Shown: piece after piece, positions 4,409-4,449 of the stretch
Numbering within the stretch: position 1 is the stretch's first letter
How the letters are laid out: every line of letters begins with the position of its first letter
From: a virus
Lineage: Duplodnaviria; Heunggongvirae; Uroviricota; Caudoviricetes
Strand: one strand, 5' to 3'
Virus record (IMG/VR): IMGVR_UViG_2778261509_000009
Length of the DNA: 4,449 nt
Program-made: the position numbers and the translations under genes
Notes under the pieces: generated by a model
What the model saw: the letters and a program-made list of their open reading frames with translations, nothing else
Told to the model about the DNA's origin: nothing
The model's database searches: none

Positions 4409-4449
4409 CCGGTTGTGGCAACCCGCGAAATGGCGCGGCGGTAAGTATG

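Noticed and set aside
4268-4449. Longer minus-strand ORF (95 aa from GTG 4354, or open to the right edge) instead of the 66-aa ORF
   Set aside because: The extension translates to an odd low-complexity sequence and coincides with the inverted-repeat region, while the internal ATG at 4267 has a strong SD. Cannot be fully excluded without sequence beyond the window.
1-4449. Screen for tRNA, rRNA, CRISPR repeats, transposase or integrase signatures
   Set aside because: No regularly spaced short direct repeats with unique spacers, no tRNA-like T-loop/acceptor pattern, and no recognisable transposase or integrase motifs were seen.

Overview
This window looks like the immunity and early-replication core of a lambdoid (Qin/Rac-type) enterobacterial prophage. 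At the centre is a divergent repressor pair: a DicA-like XRE-family HTH repressor (2993-3400, +) facing a DicC-type Cro-like protein (2685-2912, -). Three copies of one operator palindrome, TGTTAGA-N4-TCTAACA, sit around the repressor gene (one between the divergent genes, two downstream of it). The minus-strand early operon runs leftward: Cro-like gene, a 173-aa protein in the cII position, a replication initiator with an origin inside its coding sequence (five ~23-bp iterons plus three 12-bp AT-rich repeats), a 140-aa protein, a 315-bp AT-rich spacer, an AT-rich 101-aa ORF with a Walker A motif, and the start of a further gene running off the left edge. The plus-strand operon runs rightward: a YdfA-like small protein translationally coupled to a 125-aa unknown protein, which overlaps convergently with a 66-aa minus-strand ORF, followed by an inverted-repeat-rich region at the right edge. 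I found no rRNA, tRNA, CRISPR array, transposase or integrase. The best candidates for something undescribed are the unknown cargo in the slot where Qin carries its dicB/dicF kil genes (3721-4449) and the AT-rich Walker-A cassette at the left (1-455); neither can be assigned a function by eye. Family names come from my recall of these proteins and from motifs read in the supplied translations; no database search or computation was run.
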